DNA from: Candidatus Pacearchaeota archaeon
GTDB lineage: Archaea; Nanobdellota; Nanobdellia; Pacearchaeales; GW2011-AR1
DNA length: 64,000 bases
Assembly: GCA_018303995.1 (NCBI GenBank)
Contig: JAGVXB010000033.1
Span: 2,486 to 66,485 of the forward strand
Reading direction: 5' to 3'
Both the position numbers and the translations under genes were made by a program. Positions 35,584-45,481 of the stretch are shown piece by piece. Below the pieces are notes generated by a model. That model was not told the DNA's origin. It did no database searches and worked only from the letters and a program-made list of their open reading frames with translations. Position 1 is the first letter of the stretch; each line of letters begins with the position of its first letter.

Positions 35584-36141
35584 ATGGTCGAAGAAAAAAT
35601 AAGGGCATTTCTTGCAGTAGAAATTTCAGACAAAGCAATTAAAGAAATAACAAATTTACAAGAGGCATTAACTAAAAAGTTAAAATTTATTGGAAAAACA
35701 ATTGAACCTGAAAATTTACATGTAACCCTAAAGTTTTTCGGCGAAATAACTCAAAAAGAAATAGACGAAATATTGAAAAAAGTTGAATTTCCAGAAATAA
35801 AAGCTAAACTAGGAAAAGTGGGTGCATTCACATACAACAATCAACCAAGAATAATTTGGGTTAAAATAGAAGGCAATTTAACAAAAATACAAAAAATAAT
35901 TGACAAACAATTAGAACCATTATTCAAATTAGAAGAAAGATTTATGTCTCACCTAACTATCGCCAGAGTAAAATATGTCAAAGACACAAAATACGCTTTA
36001 GAATATATAAAAAACCTCAAGCTTCCAAAAACAGAATTTGAAATAAAGAGCATAAAACTTCTATCTTCTAAATTAACTCCTATCGGCCCAGTTTATACAA
36101 CTTTGAAAGAATATAAAAGCACAAATTCAATTAAATTATAG
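35584..36141 (+). CDS. thpR: RNA 2',3'-cyclic phosphodiesterase (ThpR/LigT, 2H family)
   Basis: The two H-x-T motifs are LHVTLKF and SHLTIAR. Confidence 0.8.
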   Translation: MVEEKIRAFLAVEISDKAIKEITNLQEALTKKLKFIGKTIEPENLHVTLKFFGEITQKEIDEILKKVEFPEIKAKLGKVGAFTYNNQPRIIWVKIEGNLTKIQKIIDKQLEPLFKLEERFMSHLTIARVKYVKDTKYALEYIKNLKLPKTEFEIKSIKLLSSKLTPIGPVYTTLKEYKSTNSIKL

Positions 36142-36192
36142 ATTCTAATACATGAATCAAAACCTAAAAATAAAAATAATATATCTGATAAA

Positions 36193-36648
36193 ATGAAACC
36201 AATATGTGCTACAAAAGAAAATCTCAATTTTATTATATCAGGCATATCTGAAATATGTCAATTAGAAAAAGAGCCAATTGGCCCAATAAAATTATTATCT
36301 AAAAGTATAATAAATGCAATTAAAAGAAAAGAGATAATTATTTCTATTAAGAATAACATGCCCATAGGTTTTATTTGGGGAACATTTACAAAAAAAGTCC
36401 CTTATGGAATAAATTTCGGTAATGAAAAAGAAACTTTTTGTTGGGTGAGCTGGACTTATGTTATAAAATCAGAAAGAAATAAGGGAATTGGTTCTTTTCT
36501 TTATAATGAACTTGAAAAAGAATGTAAAAAAAGAAAAGTCAAACAAATCAAATTAGATATCTTTACAATAAATAAAAATTCAAAAATATTTCATTTAAAA
36601 TTAGGTTATAAACCACAATTAACAATCTATAGAAAACACATAAAATAG
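36193..36648 (+). CDS. GNAT family N-acetyltransferase
   Basis: ERNKGIGSFLYNELEKEC...FHLKLGY. Confidence 0.6.
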   Translation: MKPICATKENLNFIISGISEICQLEKEPIGPIKLLSKSIINAIKRKEIIISIKNNMPIGFIWGTFTKKVPYGINFGNEKETFCWVSWTYVIKSERNKGIGSFLYNELEKECKKRKVKQIKLDIFTINKNSKIFHLKLGYKPQLTIYRKHIK

Positions 36649-36700
36649 ATAAATCTTAGAAAATCATTAATAGAAAACCTAAAATAGATAAATCTCTTCC

Positions 36701-37912
36701 ATGTTTATGCTTGACATAGTCATAGCCCTCCTTACAGGCATCGCAATAGGCACATTCACAGGCATAACTCCCGGAATCCACATAAACACAGTCACCGCAA
36801 TTCTCCTAGCAAACATAGCCGTCTTCTCAAGTATCTCGCCATTAGCATTAGTCGCGTTCGTAGTAGCATTAGCAATCGCACATACAATTCTTGACTTCAT
36901 ACCCTCAATATTAACAGGTGCAACAGACGAAGAATCTTTTCTCTCAGTCTTACCAGGACACGAAATGCTCAAAGAAGGAAAAGGAAAAGAAGCGATACTA
37001 ATGGTTTTAATCGGTGCAGTCACAGCAATCCCGTTAATCCTAGCAATCACTCCAATATTCATAAAAATAGTTCCAAAAATATTTAACGGCATAAAAACAA
37101 TAATCCCATTCATTCTTATTTTCATATCCCTATACACAATAACTAGAGAAAGAAAGGTTTGGACAGCACTAGTAGTCTTCATATCAACAGGACTCTTAGG
37201 TTTCGCAACCCTAAATCTGCCAGTAAAAGAACCCCTTCTCCCACTTTTAGCAGGCCTATTCGGAGGCTCAGGCCTAATAATCGAAATATCTCAAAAAATA
37301 AAAATACCAAAACAAGAAAAGATAAACATTAAACAAATAAATATTCCAAAAAAAGAATATCTCAAATCAATGGCAGGCTCAGTTCTCTCAGCACCCCTCT
37401 GCTCTTTCCTTCCAGCAATAGGCTCGGGCCAAGCAGCAACTATCTCTTCTGAAATCATTCCTCAATCAAGAAAAGGATTCCTAATGATGCTCGGCACAAT
37501 AAACATAATAGTAATGGTCTTGAGTTTCGCAACACTCCAAACAATAGGAAAAACAAGAACGGGAGCATCAGTGGCAGTAAAACAAATTCTAAACACATTG
37601 AGCACAAATAACCTCTGGACAATTATATTCATCGCAATATTAACAATAATAATCGCATCAGCAGTAGCAATAGCATTAACCAACCTATTCATAAAACTAT
37701 TAGAAAAAATAAATTACAAAACAATATCAATTGTAATGTTCGCACTACTAACAATCTCAGTAATTATATTATCAAACCCCTTAGGCATAGTTGTATTCAT
37801 AACCTCGACCGCTTGGGGTATCTTCACAATCTTATCAAATGTAAAAAGAATCAACATGATGGGAGTCCTATTGCTTCCAACGATAATTATTTATCTGACT
37901 AATCAAATTTAA
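36701..37912 (+). CDS. Polytopic membrane protein (DUF112/TctA-like, tentative)
   Basis: 403 aa with about 10 TM segments. The N-terminus is GIAIGTFTGITPGIHINT. Confidence 0.4.
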   Translation: MFMLDIVIALLTGIAIGTFTGITPGIHINTVTAILLANIAVFSSISPLALVAFVVALAIAHTILDFIPSILTGATDEESFLSVLPGHEMLKEGKGKEAILMVLIGAVTAIPLILAITPIFIKIVPKIFNGIKTIIPFILIFISLYTITRERKVWTALVVFISTGLLGFATLNLPVKEPLLPLLAGLFGGSGLIIEISQKIKIPKQEKINIKQINIPKKEYLKSMAGSVLSAPLCSFLPAIGSGQAATISSEIIPQSRKGFLMMLGTINIIVMVLSFATLQTIGKTRTGASVAVKQILNTLSTNNLWTIIFIAILTIIIASAVAIALTNLFIKLLEKINYKTISIVMFALLTISVIILSNPLGIVVFITSTAWGIFTILSNVKRINMMGVLLLPTIIIYLTNQI

Positions 37913-40900
37913 AAAACCAATTTAGCTTGCTTCTCTTTCTCTCTCCCAAAAATACTCCAAATGTCTCCTTGAACAATCTCCAAATTCTCTAAAAGATAAG
38001 GAGAAACCTTATACGTCCTAGCCAAATTCAAAGCCGCCTCCATATACTTAACTATACTTCCTTCTGAAATTGTAAATATTATCTTCCCTCCGCATTTAGT
38101 ACACTTCCCTGCAAGTGGCGGACGTCTAAACTTCTCATTACAACCAACACACCTAAAGACTTGCTGAGAAAACTTTCTTAAGTTACCTCTAATATCTCTA
38201 ATAAAATGCCTCTCTATAATAAGCCGAGCAACATCGCTAGTATCAACAGCCCTTATCTTAGAACACAAATCCATTTGTTCAGCAACTTTATCATGCATCG
38301 TCGGAAGCGTTTTGTAAGCAGAATTCAAAACAGCACGATTAAAATTATCTACATCATGAGTAAATCCTAAATTTGTAAAGGGATCTTTCCCACTTTTCAA
38401 ACGATGAGCAATTCTCTCTATTTGAACTTCAGAAGAATGTTTTCTCTGCTCGGCTAACTCGTAAAGCTCAATAGGATATTTACCGCACACAGTATCTAAA
38501 ATCTGATCGTCAACTTCTCCTGCATTAATCTTCACGTTCAAAACCAAAGGCGCGTCTTGAGTCCCTCCCCTATGAGATGGCAAAAACTTTCTAGAAAAAT
38601 TAAGAAGCATATCCATCAAAAGAATAACTGCAGCCTCGTCGCCATCGGCGTCACGTCTCATAGCTGCATGCATATAAGGAGAAGCAAAAAATGCCTGAGT
38701 CTTAGAAAACCCAATCAAACGACCAACAGTAGCAGTACAAATATGTGGGGCAATGCAAGCAAATAAACAACCTATCAAAGAATTCTTATCAACAGAATTA
38801 AAATATTTATCAAGCTTATACAGTTTCTCAAGTTCATCATCAACAAACCTAGTTATATTAAAGAAAACATCGTCTGCCTTCTCATCAAGTGTTTCAGGAC
38901 ATGCAGGTAAAACAATATCATGCGGAAACAACTCTAAAATCTGATTATCATTTGTCAAAGGCGCACCTAAATAATCTTTTTCATATCCTAATTCGATCAA
39001 CTTCTCGACAGAAGTCCCTATTTCTTTAGGCTTGAAATACATTAAAGGCATTTCAGTCATATCATATCTAATTGTCCCATCTTTATTCACGTGTAAATTA
39101 TACTTAGCACGCAAAAGCCCTTTAGCAAGCTGTTCACAACTATGGTCTTGACTCATTGTGCCACGAACTCCTTTAATAACGACAGGCAAATCATCTAATC
39201 GAGCACCAATCATTTTCTTAGCCAAATCAAATTGCATCTTCATATCTACACGACGAGTAGAAAACCCCTGAATATTCTCAGGATGCTCCGAACAAGGTCC
39301 ATCAGAATATTTCTCACAAGCCCTGCAATAATTTCTCTTCTTACACAAAGTCAAACAAATAGGACATCTAGGATAAGGACTATCATCTCCACACAGCCCG
39401 CAAAAGAAATTTGGAAAATCCGATTGCACAGAACCATATTCCACAGCCGCCTGAACACTCCTCAATCGACCGCCCTCCTCACTTACGGGAAAAAGAACAT
39501 GGGGACTCCCGGTTAATTTTCGTAACTTAGCTTTTTCAGGCCTTCCCATTCTAGCACCTATAAAATCTCCAGCCTTATCTTTAACCGCAAAAGAACAAAG
39601 AGAATTAACAACCGTCAAAACATCTCCATCAGCAGGAACCTTCTTAACTAAAACATCAAAAGAGTTATCCAAATTCTCAAAAGAATTAATTCCTAAATTA
39701 TACAAAAGTGCTTTACTATCTGAAGAGTTTAAAATAACACTCTCTAAATGAACCGCATGCGGACAACCAATAATCTCCAGCGCTCTTTTACCTACTGCAA
39801 ATCTCTCCCTATCAGACTTAGAATAAGGTAAAACAAATCGTTTATCTTCTGAAATTCCCCCATGCGCAATCCAATCAACAAGCCCCAAAAATCCAGAATA
39901 ATTAATCTGAGTCCAATAATAAATATAAGCTGGATAAAGAGGAATAGAATATTTCTCCGACAGTATCAAAGCATCTTCAAAAGAAACATTACAACTATCT
40001 AAAACAGAACCCCCTGCTTTCTCCAACTGAAGATTCCACCACTCCTCAACATACCCAGGTTTCAACAAAGCATAATTCCTATTAATAACATCATCCAAGG
40101 AAAACAGAAGATCTCCTAAATAAATTATTTCTTCTACAGAATTCTTAATCTTGTGTGCATCTTCCATAGTAATTGGCTTCACAACAGAACCATCTTTCAA
40201 TTTTACAATAGGCCCTTCTATATTTTCAACCATTGAAAGCGCACATCCCTTAGTAGGCTTCTCAATCTTTAACTGCGTCCCAACTGCTAAAAAATTCCTA
40301 GAAACTGCCATAGTTGCAGGACTCACAGAGGTAGCAGAAAATCCGGAATTGCGAGACCGGCCATAACGGAAACGAAATCCTCCAGAACGACCAGGATGAG
40401 AATAAATAGGTCTTCCAGCAACAATATCTTTCATATAAGTTGGAACCCCATCTCCTGCCCCAGTGCCTTTAATTTTTTTCTTCTGAATTACATCTACATA
40501 TTCTTGCAAGAAATCAAATCCTGTAGACTTAAACCCATTAGCCTTAGCTGCCTTCAATAAACGAAATCCTTTAGCCGCCTTCTGAGCAAGACATTCTGAA
40601 AAAACAAGACACATCCCCCCTCTAATTTGATTGGTCTCAACTCTAGGTAAATCTTTATGATTATAAACTTCTCTCTGCTCTGTCGGCTCTCCTGAAATCT
40701 GAATAGGTAAATTCTTAGCTAAAAAAGTAATCTCCTCCTCACTAGGTAAATATTGTAAATTAGTAACTCTCTCATGATAATCGTAATTCTCCGTAACATA
40801 ACGTTTAACTTCTTCTTCCGTAGGATCGTATTTAGCATAATTGAAAATCTCTCTCAAATAATCAATAACCATCAAGGCAACACAACCTGCCGTAGTTCCG

Positions 40901-41358
40901 GCGCTACGTATGGGCCCAGAAAAATAAGCTACCAAATAATCCTTGCCATCAAGAGTCTTTCCAACTTTTAAATCAGTATAACCTTCTATGGGAGAAGAAA
41001 CTACTCCAAGCGTAAAATAAGAAAAAGCAACACGTATCCCTGCATCAATAGCCTGAATCAAATCCTTAAATTTACAATATTTTTCGCGTGCAATGTCTTC
41101 CGCAATTCCCAAACAAACAGACATAGTAAGTTGCCCATATTGTTTCTCGAGCTCAAGAATCCTATTAATTATATGAACATCTTGCAACTGCGGATATACC
41201 ACAGATATTAAACCAACAGCTTTTTCAGCAAGAGATATCGCAATAGGCGTTTCAACCTTGGAAACAGGGTCAAGCCCCTTAGCACGAGCAACTTCAGCAA
41301 CGGCATACGCCTTTTTCACTTCATCATTAATATGCTGGAAGTATTGTTCAGAGTTCAT
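37909..41358 (-). CDS. DNA polymerase II (PolD) large subunit DP2
   Basis: 1149 aa, with Zn-finger clusters (CGLCG...CPIC...CRAC, CVGCN...CTKCGG) and conserved blocks such as GRPEKA and DGDEAA. The sequence is contiguous, so no intein is present. Confidence 0.9.
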   Translation of the reverse strand: MNSEQYFQHINDEVKKAYAVAEVARAKGLDPVSKVETPIAISLAEKAVGLISVVYPQLQDVHIINRILELEKQYGQLTMSVCLGIAEDIAREKYCKFKDLIQAIDAGIRVAFSYFTLGVVSSPIEGYTDLKVGKTLDGKDYLVAYFSGPIRSAGTTAGCVALMVIDYLREIFNYAKYDPTEEEVKRYVTENYDYHERVTNLQYLPSEEEITFLAKNLPIQISGEPTEQREVYNHKDLPRVETNQIRGGMCLVFSECLAQKAAKGFRLLKAAKANGFKSTGFDFLQEYVDVIQKKKIKGTGAGDGVPTYMKDIVAGRPIYSHPGRSGGFRFRYGRSRNSGFSATSVSPATMAVSRNFLAVGTQLKIEKPTKGCALSMVENIEGPIVKLKDGSVVKPITMEDAHKIKNSVEEIIYLGDLLFSLDDVINRNYALLKPGYVEEWWNLQLEKAGGSVLDSCNVSFEDALILSEKYSIPLYPAYIYYWTQINYSGFLGLVDWIAHGGISEDKRFVLPYSKSDRERFAVGKRALEIIGCPHAVHLESVILNSSDSKALLYNLGINSFENLDNSFDVLVKKVPADGDVLTVVNSLCSFAVKDKAGDFIGARMGRPEKAKLRKLTGSPHVLFPVSEEGGRLRSVQAAVEYGSVQSDFPNFFCGLCGDDSPYPRCPICLTLCKKRNYCRACEKYSDGPCSEHPENIQGFSTRRVDMKMQFDLAKKMIGARLDDLPVVIKGVRGTMSQDHSCEQLAKGLLRAKYNLHVNKDGTIRYDMTEMPLMYFKPKEIGTSVEKLIELGYEKDYLGAPLTNDNQILELFPHDIVLPACPETLDEKADDVFFNITRFVDDELEKLYKLDKYFNSVDKNSLIGCLFACIAPHICTATVGRLIGFSKTQAFFASPYMHAAMRRDADGDEAAVILLMDMLLNFSRKFLPSHRGGTQDAPLVLNVKINAGEVDDQILDTVCGKYPIELYELAEQRKHSSEVQIERIAHRLKSGKDPFTNLGFTHDVDNFNRAVLNSAYKTLPTMHDKVAEQMDLCSKIRAVDTSDVARLIIERHFIRDIRGNLRKFSQQVFRCVGCNEKFRRPPLAGKCTKCGGKIIFTISEGSIVKYMEAALNLARTYKVSPYLLENLEIVQGDIWSIFGREKEKQAKLVF

Positions 41359-41777
41359 TTAATCCCCTCAAAAATATTATAATCTGATTTAATTAAATCA
41401 ATAATAGGAGGCATTAAATTTTCAGGCAATTCCTCTTTGCTAAACCAATTCCAACACTCACACTTTTCAGGCTCCATTATTTTAGCTTCGCCTCCAATAT
41501 ACTCAGCATTCATAAAAAGAGTAATGTAATGTTTTCCTTCATTAGGGTAAGTATTATTTGCAACAAATATAGGACCAGTAACTTTTCCAACATCAAGTCC
41601 TGTCTCTTCTTTTATTTCTCTTCGAATAGCCTCTTCCAACCCTTCATTAAACTCAAGGTGCCCTCCTGCAAAAGCCCATACGCCCGGAGCATGTTTTCCT
41701 TTTCTTTTATGAAACAAAACTTTTCCATCTTTTTGAATAACGGCTGCGATACCAACCCTTACAATATTTTCATTCAT
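41355..41777 (-). CDS. NUDIX hydrolase
   Basis: The Nudix box is GGHLEFNEGLEEAIRREIKEETGL. It overlaps both PolD genes by 4 nt. Confidence 0.85.
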   Translation of the reverse strand: MNENIVRVGIAAVIQKDGKVLFHKRKGKHAPGVWAFAGGHLEFNEGLEEAIRREIKEETGLDVGKVTGPIFVANNTYPNEGKHYITLFMNAEYIGGEAKIMEPEKCECWNWFSKEELPENLMPPIIDLIKSDYNIFEGIK

Positions 41778-43375
41778 TTCACTCCAACCCCATCATCCCC
41801 AACTTCCTCTTCCTCACTCAAAGAACTAAAATCAAGAACCTTTAACTCATGAGTCTTTATATTAAATATCGGAACTTTACAAGGATCTGGAATATTCCCT
41901 ATTTTTTCTTCGAACTCTGTCTGAGCCTGCCAACAATTTCCAGTCAATATTAAAGTTCCATTATATCTCTCAATATCCAATCTATGAACTTCCCCAGTAC
42001 ACATTATATCTGGAACTTCAGAAATAACTAAAGGATCTCGATCAATATTGGGCACATAGACTATAGAAGCAGAAGCTCCATGACTCGGAGCAAAATGTCT
42101 CCTCTTCAACATATGCTTAACTGCTTTAGCAGGAGTTTTATGAGCCTTAATTAAACGTAACTCTTCAATATTATTAATAAATGTATGAATACTAGCCCCA
42201 TGATACATCTGAACCTTAAACTCTTTCCCTTTCTCAATTAACTTAACTAAACAAGGATTAGGAACTAAAACTAAATTAGGAACTTCATACATCGCCCCAG
42301 CATAAGTCTTATCCAATATTGGCTGAGGTTCAGGAACTCTAGAAGCATCGTGCTGTCCAGGGCACAAAAACATAGTTATCCTAGAAGGAACTCTCTTAAG
42401 ATAACTAGCAAGAGAATCATACTGCCCTTTCAATGTTTTAATCTCCAACAAACGTTCTTGTCCTGGAAAAACCCCTACACCATCGACAGTATCCCCAACG
42501 ATAAAAAGATATTTTATCTTATTAGCCAACTCATCTTCACTATTAAGCCATTCTATAAATCTATCAAATTCAGTCTTCAAAAACTTTAAACTCCCTACAT
42601 GAATATCTGATATAAAAGCCAATCCGCAGTCTTCATCAAACTTAGTCTTTTGTAAAACAAAAGAATCAGGAAAAAATATTTCGTGGCCCATTATCAATTC
42701 GTTGCTTCCAGCACAACGAACAGCAACAGTCTCATCAAGCTGCAACTCTTCAGCCATCTTAAAACAACTACTCCCTAACTTAAACACCACATTAGTCTTT
42801 CCAGTCATATCTTCAAAAACAACAATCAAATTTTTCTTTTTAGTGTACCTTTTCTCACTAACCATACCTATAATAGCAAATTTCTGTCGAGTATTAGAAA
42901 TCTTATTTATAGAAATCAAATTATCCAAATCCGAGCGTCTCAAAAGAATATTCTGAATCTCTTTATAACGAGCCCTAAAATGTCCTACAAAATCAGCAAC
43001 TTCTATTTTTTTTTCACTTGTAGTATTTGCATAATGAACTGTGTAATCTGGCCTAGACTTAATTTCTTCTTTCTTACTATTTTTTTTAATCTCTCCAACA
43101 CCTTCGTTAATATTAATCTGAATCCCTAATTGAATAAATATATTCAAAACTTTAGACTGAATCCCTTCATTTAGACCATCAACAACATTTTTTGAAAAAA
43201 CCATATTCTTCGTAAGAGAAGTTCGCGTAATCATCTTCTGTCCGGAAGCATACTCTAAGCTATCAAGCATCTTTCTTATTACTAAAGGATCATTTATACT
43301 ACTGAGAGCATCAAATATTTCTTTATCAAGCAACAATCCTTTCTCTTTTAATATCTGAAGAAGATCTAAATTCAT
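41774..43375 (-). CDS. DNA polymerase II (PolD) small subunit DP1 (exonuclease)
   Basis: The OB-like middle region is followed by calcineurin-type motifs FISDIHVGS, GDTVDGVG, PGQHD and GEVH. Confidence 0.88.
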   Translation of the reverse strand: MNLDLLQILKEKGLLLDKEIFDALSSINDPLVIRKMLDSLEYASGQKMITRTSLTKNMVFSKNVVDGLNEGIQSKVLNIFIQLGIQININEGVGEIKKNSKKEEIKSRPDYTVHYANTTSEKKIEVADFVGHFRARYKEIQNILLRRSDLDNLISINKISNTRQKFAIIGMVSEKRYTKKKNLIVVFEDMTGKTNVVFKLGSSCFKMAEELQLDETVAVRCAGSNELIMGHEIFFPDSFVLQKTKFDEDCGLAFISDIHVGSLKFLKTEFDRFIEWLNSEDELANKIKYLFIVGDTVDGVGVFPGQERLLEIKTLKGQYDSLASYLKRVPSRITMFLCPGQHDASRVPEPQPILDKTYAGAMYEVPNLVLVPNPCLVKLIEKGKEFKVQMYHGASIHTFINNIEELRLIKAHKTPAKAVKHMLKRRHFAPSHGASASIVYVPNIDRDPLVISEVPDIMCTGEVHRLDIERYNGTLILTGNCWQAQTEFEEKIGNIPDPCKVPIFNIKTHELKVLDFSSLSEEEEVGDDGVGVK

Positions 43376-43377
43376 TT

Positions 43378-44589
43378 CTATATGTTTAAAGCAGTTTCCA
43401 AAATCTCCTTCGCTTTTGGTTGCAAATTCTCAGGTACCATCAGCTTAATTTCTCTAGTTCTTCCCATTCTTCCCCTACTGACAACATCAACATTAATCAA
43501 TCCAAGCATATCAAACTCTGCAATTATATCTGAAACTCGACGTTGAGTCAAAACTTCAACCTTAGTCTTCTGACAAAATTCCTGATATTTATTATAAACC
43601 TGTCCTGTAAATATTTCATTCTTATCTTCTTTATTTGTCAAATTTAATATACTATAAAGAATCAACTGATGTTGCCTCGGCTCATTCTCTATAATATCTA
43701 ACATCTTATCTTTCTCAATCTTCTGATTTGCCTTATCAATAAATTCCATAGTCAATTTTTTAGAATGTTCTCTTTCTGCAAGCTCAGCAGCAACACGCAA
43801 CAAATCAAGAGCTCTCCTAGCATCTCCATGTTCACGAGCAGCAAAAGCAGCACATTTAGCAAAAACACCCTCATCTAAAACACCCTCAACAAAAGCACCC
43901 TCAGCACGTTCACGCAAAATATCTTGCAACTGCAACGCATTATAAGGCGGAAAAACAATTTCTTCCTCTCCAAGTGAACTTCTAACTCTTGGGTCAATAT
44001 TATCCATAAAAGTAAGATTATTGCTTATTCCAACCAAACTAATTTGAGCATTTTTCAACTCAGAGTTTAATCTAGTCAGATTATACAAAAAACTATCAGA
44101 TATCTTCTTAACTGCTTGATCTACTTCATCCATAACAATCAATATAAGTTGTTTCTTTCTTTCAATAATCTCAATAAACTTAGAATAAACCGCATCTGTC
44201 GGCAATCCAGTAGCAGGAACACTCTCTCCAAGAGAAGATATAATCTCCGCAAGAATTCTATACTCAGTATCTGCAACTTTCTTAAGTTTACAATTAATAT
44301 AAATAACTCTTAAATTATCTCCACCAGCGTCAGTAACTCTCTTTAAAATCTCTTTAGTAACATACTGTACAGAAAGAGTCTTGCCGCTCCCAGTTTTTCC
44401 ATAGAGGAATAAATTACTAACCCTCTCTCCTTTCAAAGCCGGAGCAAGTATAGAAGCAACGGCCTCTATTTGAGAATTTCTATGAGGAATTGTTTCAGGA
44501 GTATAATTTATCTGTAAAACTGATTTATTCTTGAATATACTACCCCCAGCATACGAATTAAATATATTATCTAAAGCCGAACCCATCAT
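43378..44589 (-). CDS. cdc6: Orc1/Cdc6 replication initiator
   Basis: Walker A is YGKTGSGKT, Walker B is VMDEVD, sensor 2 is GDARRALDLLR, and there is a C-terminal wH domain. Confidence 0.92.
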   Translation of the reverse strand: MMGSALDNIFNSYAGGSIFKNKSVLQINYTPETIPHRNSQIEAVASILAPALKGERVSNLFLYGKTGSGKTLSVQYVTKEILKRVTDAGGDNLRVIYINCKLKKVADTEYRILAEIISSLGESVPATGLPTDAVYSKFIEIIERKKQLILIVMDEVDQAVKKISDSFLYNLTRLNSELKNAQISLVGISNNLTFMDNIDPRVRSSLGEEEIVFPPYNALQLQDILRERAEGAFVEGVLDEGVFAKCAAFAAREHGDARRALDLLRVAAELAEREHSKKLTMEFIDKANQKIEKDKMLDIIENEPRQHQLILYSILNLTNKEDKNEIFTGQVYNKYQEFCQKTKVEVLTQRRVSDIIAEFDMLGLINVDVVSRGRMGRTREIKLMVPENLQPKAKEILETALNI

Positions 44590-44634
44590 AACCTCTTCAC
44601 ATCTCAGAAAATAGATTTATTTAAACATATCGCC

Positions 44635-44645
44635 ACTCCAACCCC
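44635..44645. promoter_or_regulatory. Left ORB-like half (ACTCCAACCCC), inverted relative to 45066-45073
   Basis: ACTCCAAC is the exact reverse complement of GTTGGAGT at 45066-45073. Both abut C/G runs. A TTTCCAATGCAAAAACC element is at 44728-44744. Confidence 0.35.
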
Positions 44646-45038
44646 TACTTCCTATGAAAAAATCAAGTCATTACGACGACATAAGTAAAATTAACTAATA
44701 AAACGAACCACCACACAGACACCATCATTTCCAATGCAAAAACCACATCTAACTAACAATATAATTAAAATAATGTAATAATAAATAAATGTAATAATAA
44801 TATATTCTATAATATATATAATACAACACCTATTTTATATTAATACATATCACAATATCTATAATATAACATATATTTTATAATATTATATTTATTAATA
44901 TATATAACACAATATACATCTTACATTAATATATATAACAATACATACAATATAATATATATAATATATAATATAAATATTTAAAAAAGAAAAATTAAAA
45001 AAACAAAAACAAAAATCCTTTTTAAACCTAACTCTCAT

Positions 45039-45073
45039 CTCCATACGAACTCAAGGGGACAGGGTGTTGGAGT
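45039..45073. promoter_or_regulatory. Right ORB-like element CTCCATACGAACTCAAGGGGACAGGGTGTTGGAGT
   Basis: The TCCA-N3-GAA-N6-GGGG layout resembles archaeal origin recognition boxes. Confidence 0.4.
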
Positions 45074-45179
45074 TCGTTTAATTAATTATTTATAAAAATT
45101 AAGTTGATAATATATGGACTGTATAGAACAAGTATCACTGAATAATAATCTTTAAATACTTAACATAATATCAGTTGAC

Positions 45180-45440
45180 ATGAATATCAATAAAAAACCA
45201 TTAAGAGAATTTATAGGAAAACCTGTAGTCACAAAAGAAGGTAAAAGATTAGGATTGGTAAAAGATATTACATTCGAAACACGCACCGGCGAACTCATTC
45301 AATTATTAATTAAAGATCAAACTCCTTATTTAAAGAGCTTAAATGTAGAAACAAATACATCTAAAGAATCAGTAATCCCTTATAACTCAATTATTGCAGT
45401 CGCAGACTTTATAGTTGTCTCAGAAGAAGATTTAATTTAA
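45180..45440 (+). CDS. PRC-barrel domain protein (86 aa)
   Basis: FIGKPVVTKEGKRLGLVKDITFETRTGELIQLLI...VIPYNSIIAVADFIVV. Confidence 0.7.
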   Translation: MNINKKPLREFIGKPVVTKEGKRLGLVKDITFETRTGELIQLLIKDQTPYLKSLNVETNTSKESVIPYNSIIAVADFIVVSEEDLI

Positions 45441-45481
45441 ACCACAGCAATCTTTAAAAAGCATTCTAAATACATCACAAT

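Larger units (their letters stand above)
44590..45179. other. Candidate chromosomal replication origin (AT-rich unwinding region flanked by ORB-like G-run elements)
   Basis: This is a ~590-bp non-coding gap next to orc1/cdc6. The segment 44760-44990 is almost pure A/T and contains short direct repeats (AATGTAATAATAA at 44772 and 44788; ATTAATATATATAACA at 44894 and 44925). ORB-like sequences lie at both borders. Confidence 0.6.

Noticed and set aside
36679-37182. 167-aa minus-strand ORF overlapping the start of the DUF112-like membrane protein.
   Set aside because: It is antisense to a much longer, coherent polytopic membrane ORF, and no motifs were recognised.
37909-41358. Possible intein in PolD DP2, a common intein host.
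   Set aside because: The 1149-aa length is normal for DP2 and the sequence reads contiguously. There is no Cys...HN-bounded insert and no LAGLIDADG motif.
44760-45000. Short repeated A/T-only motifs that at first glance look like a repeat array (possible CRISPR).
   Set aside because: There is no regular repeat-spacer periodicity and the repeats are 13-16 nt of pure A/T. No cas genes are nearby. The position next to orc1/cdc6 fits an origin unwinding element better.
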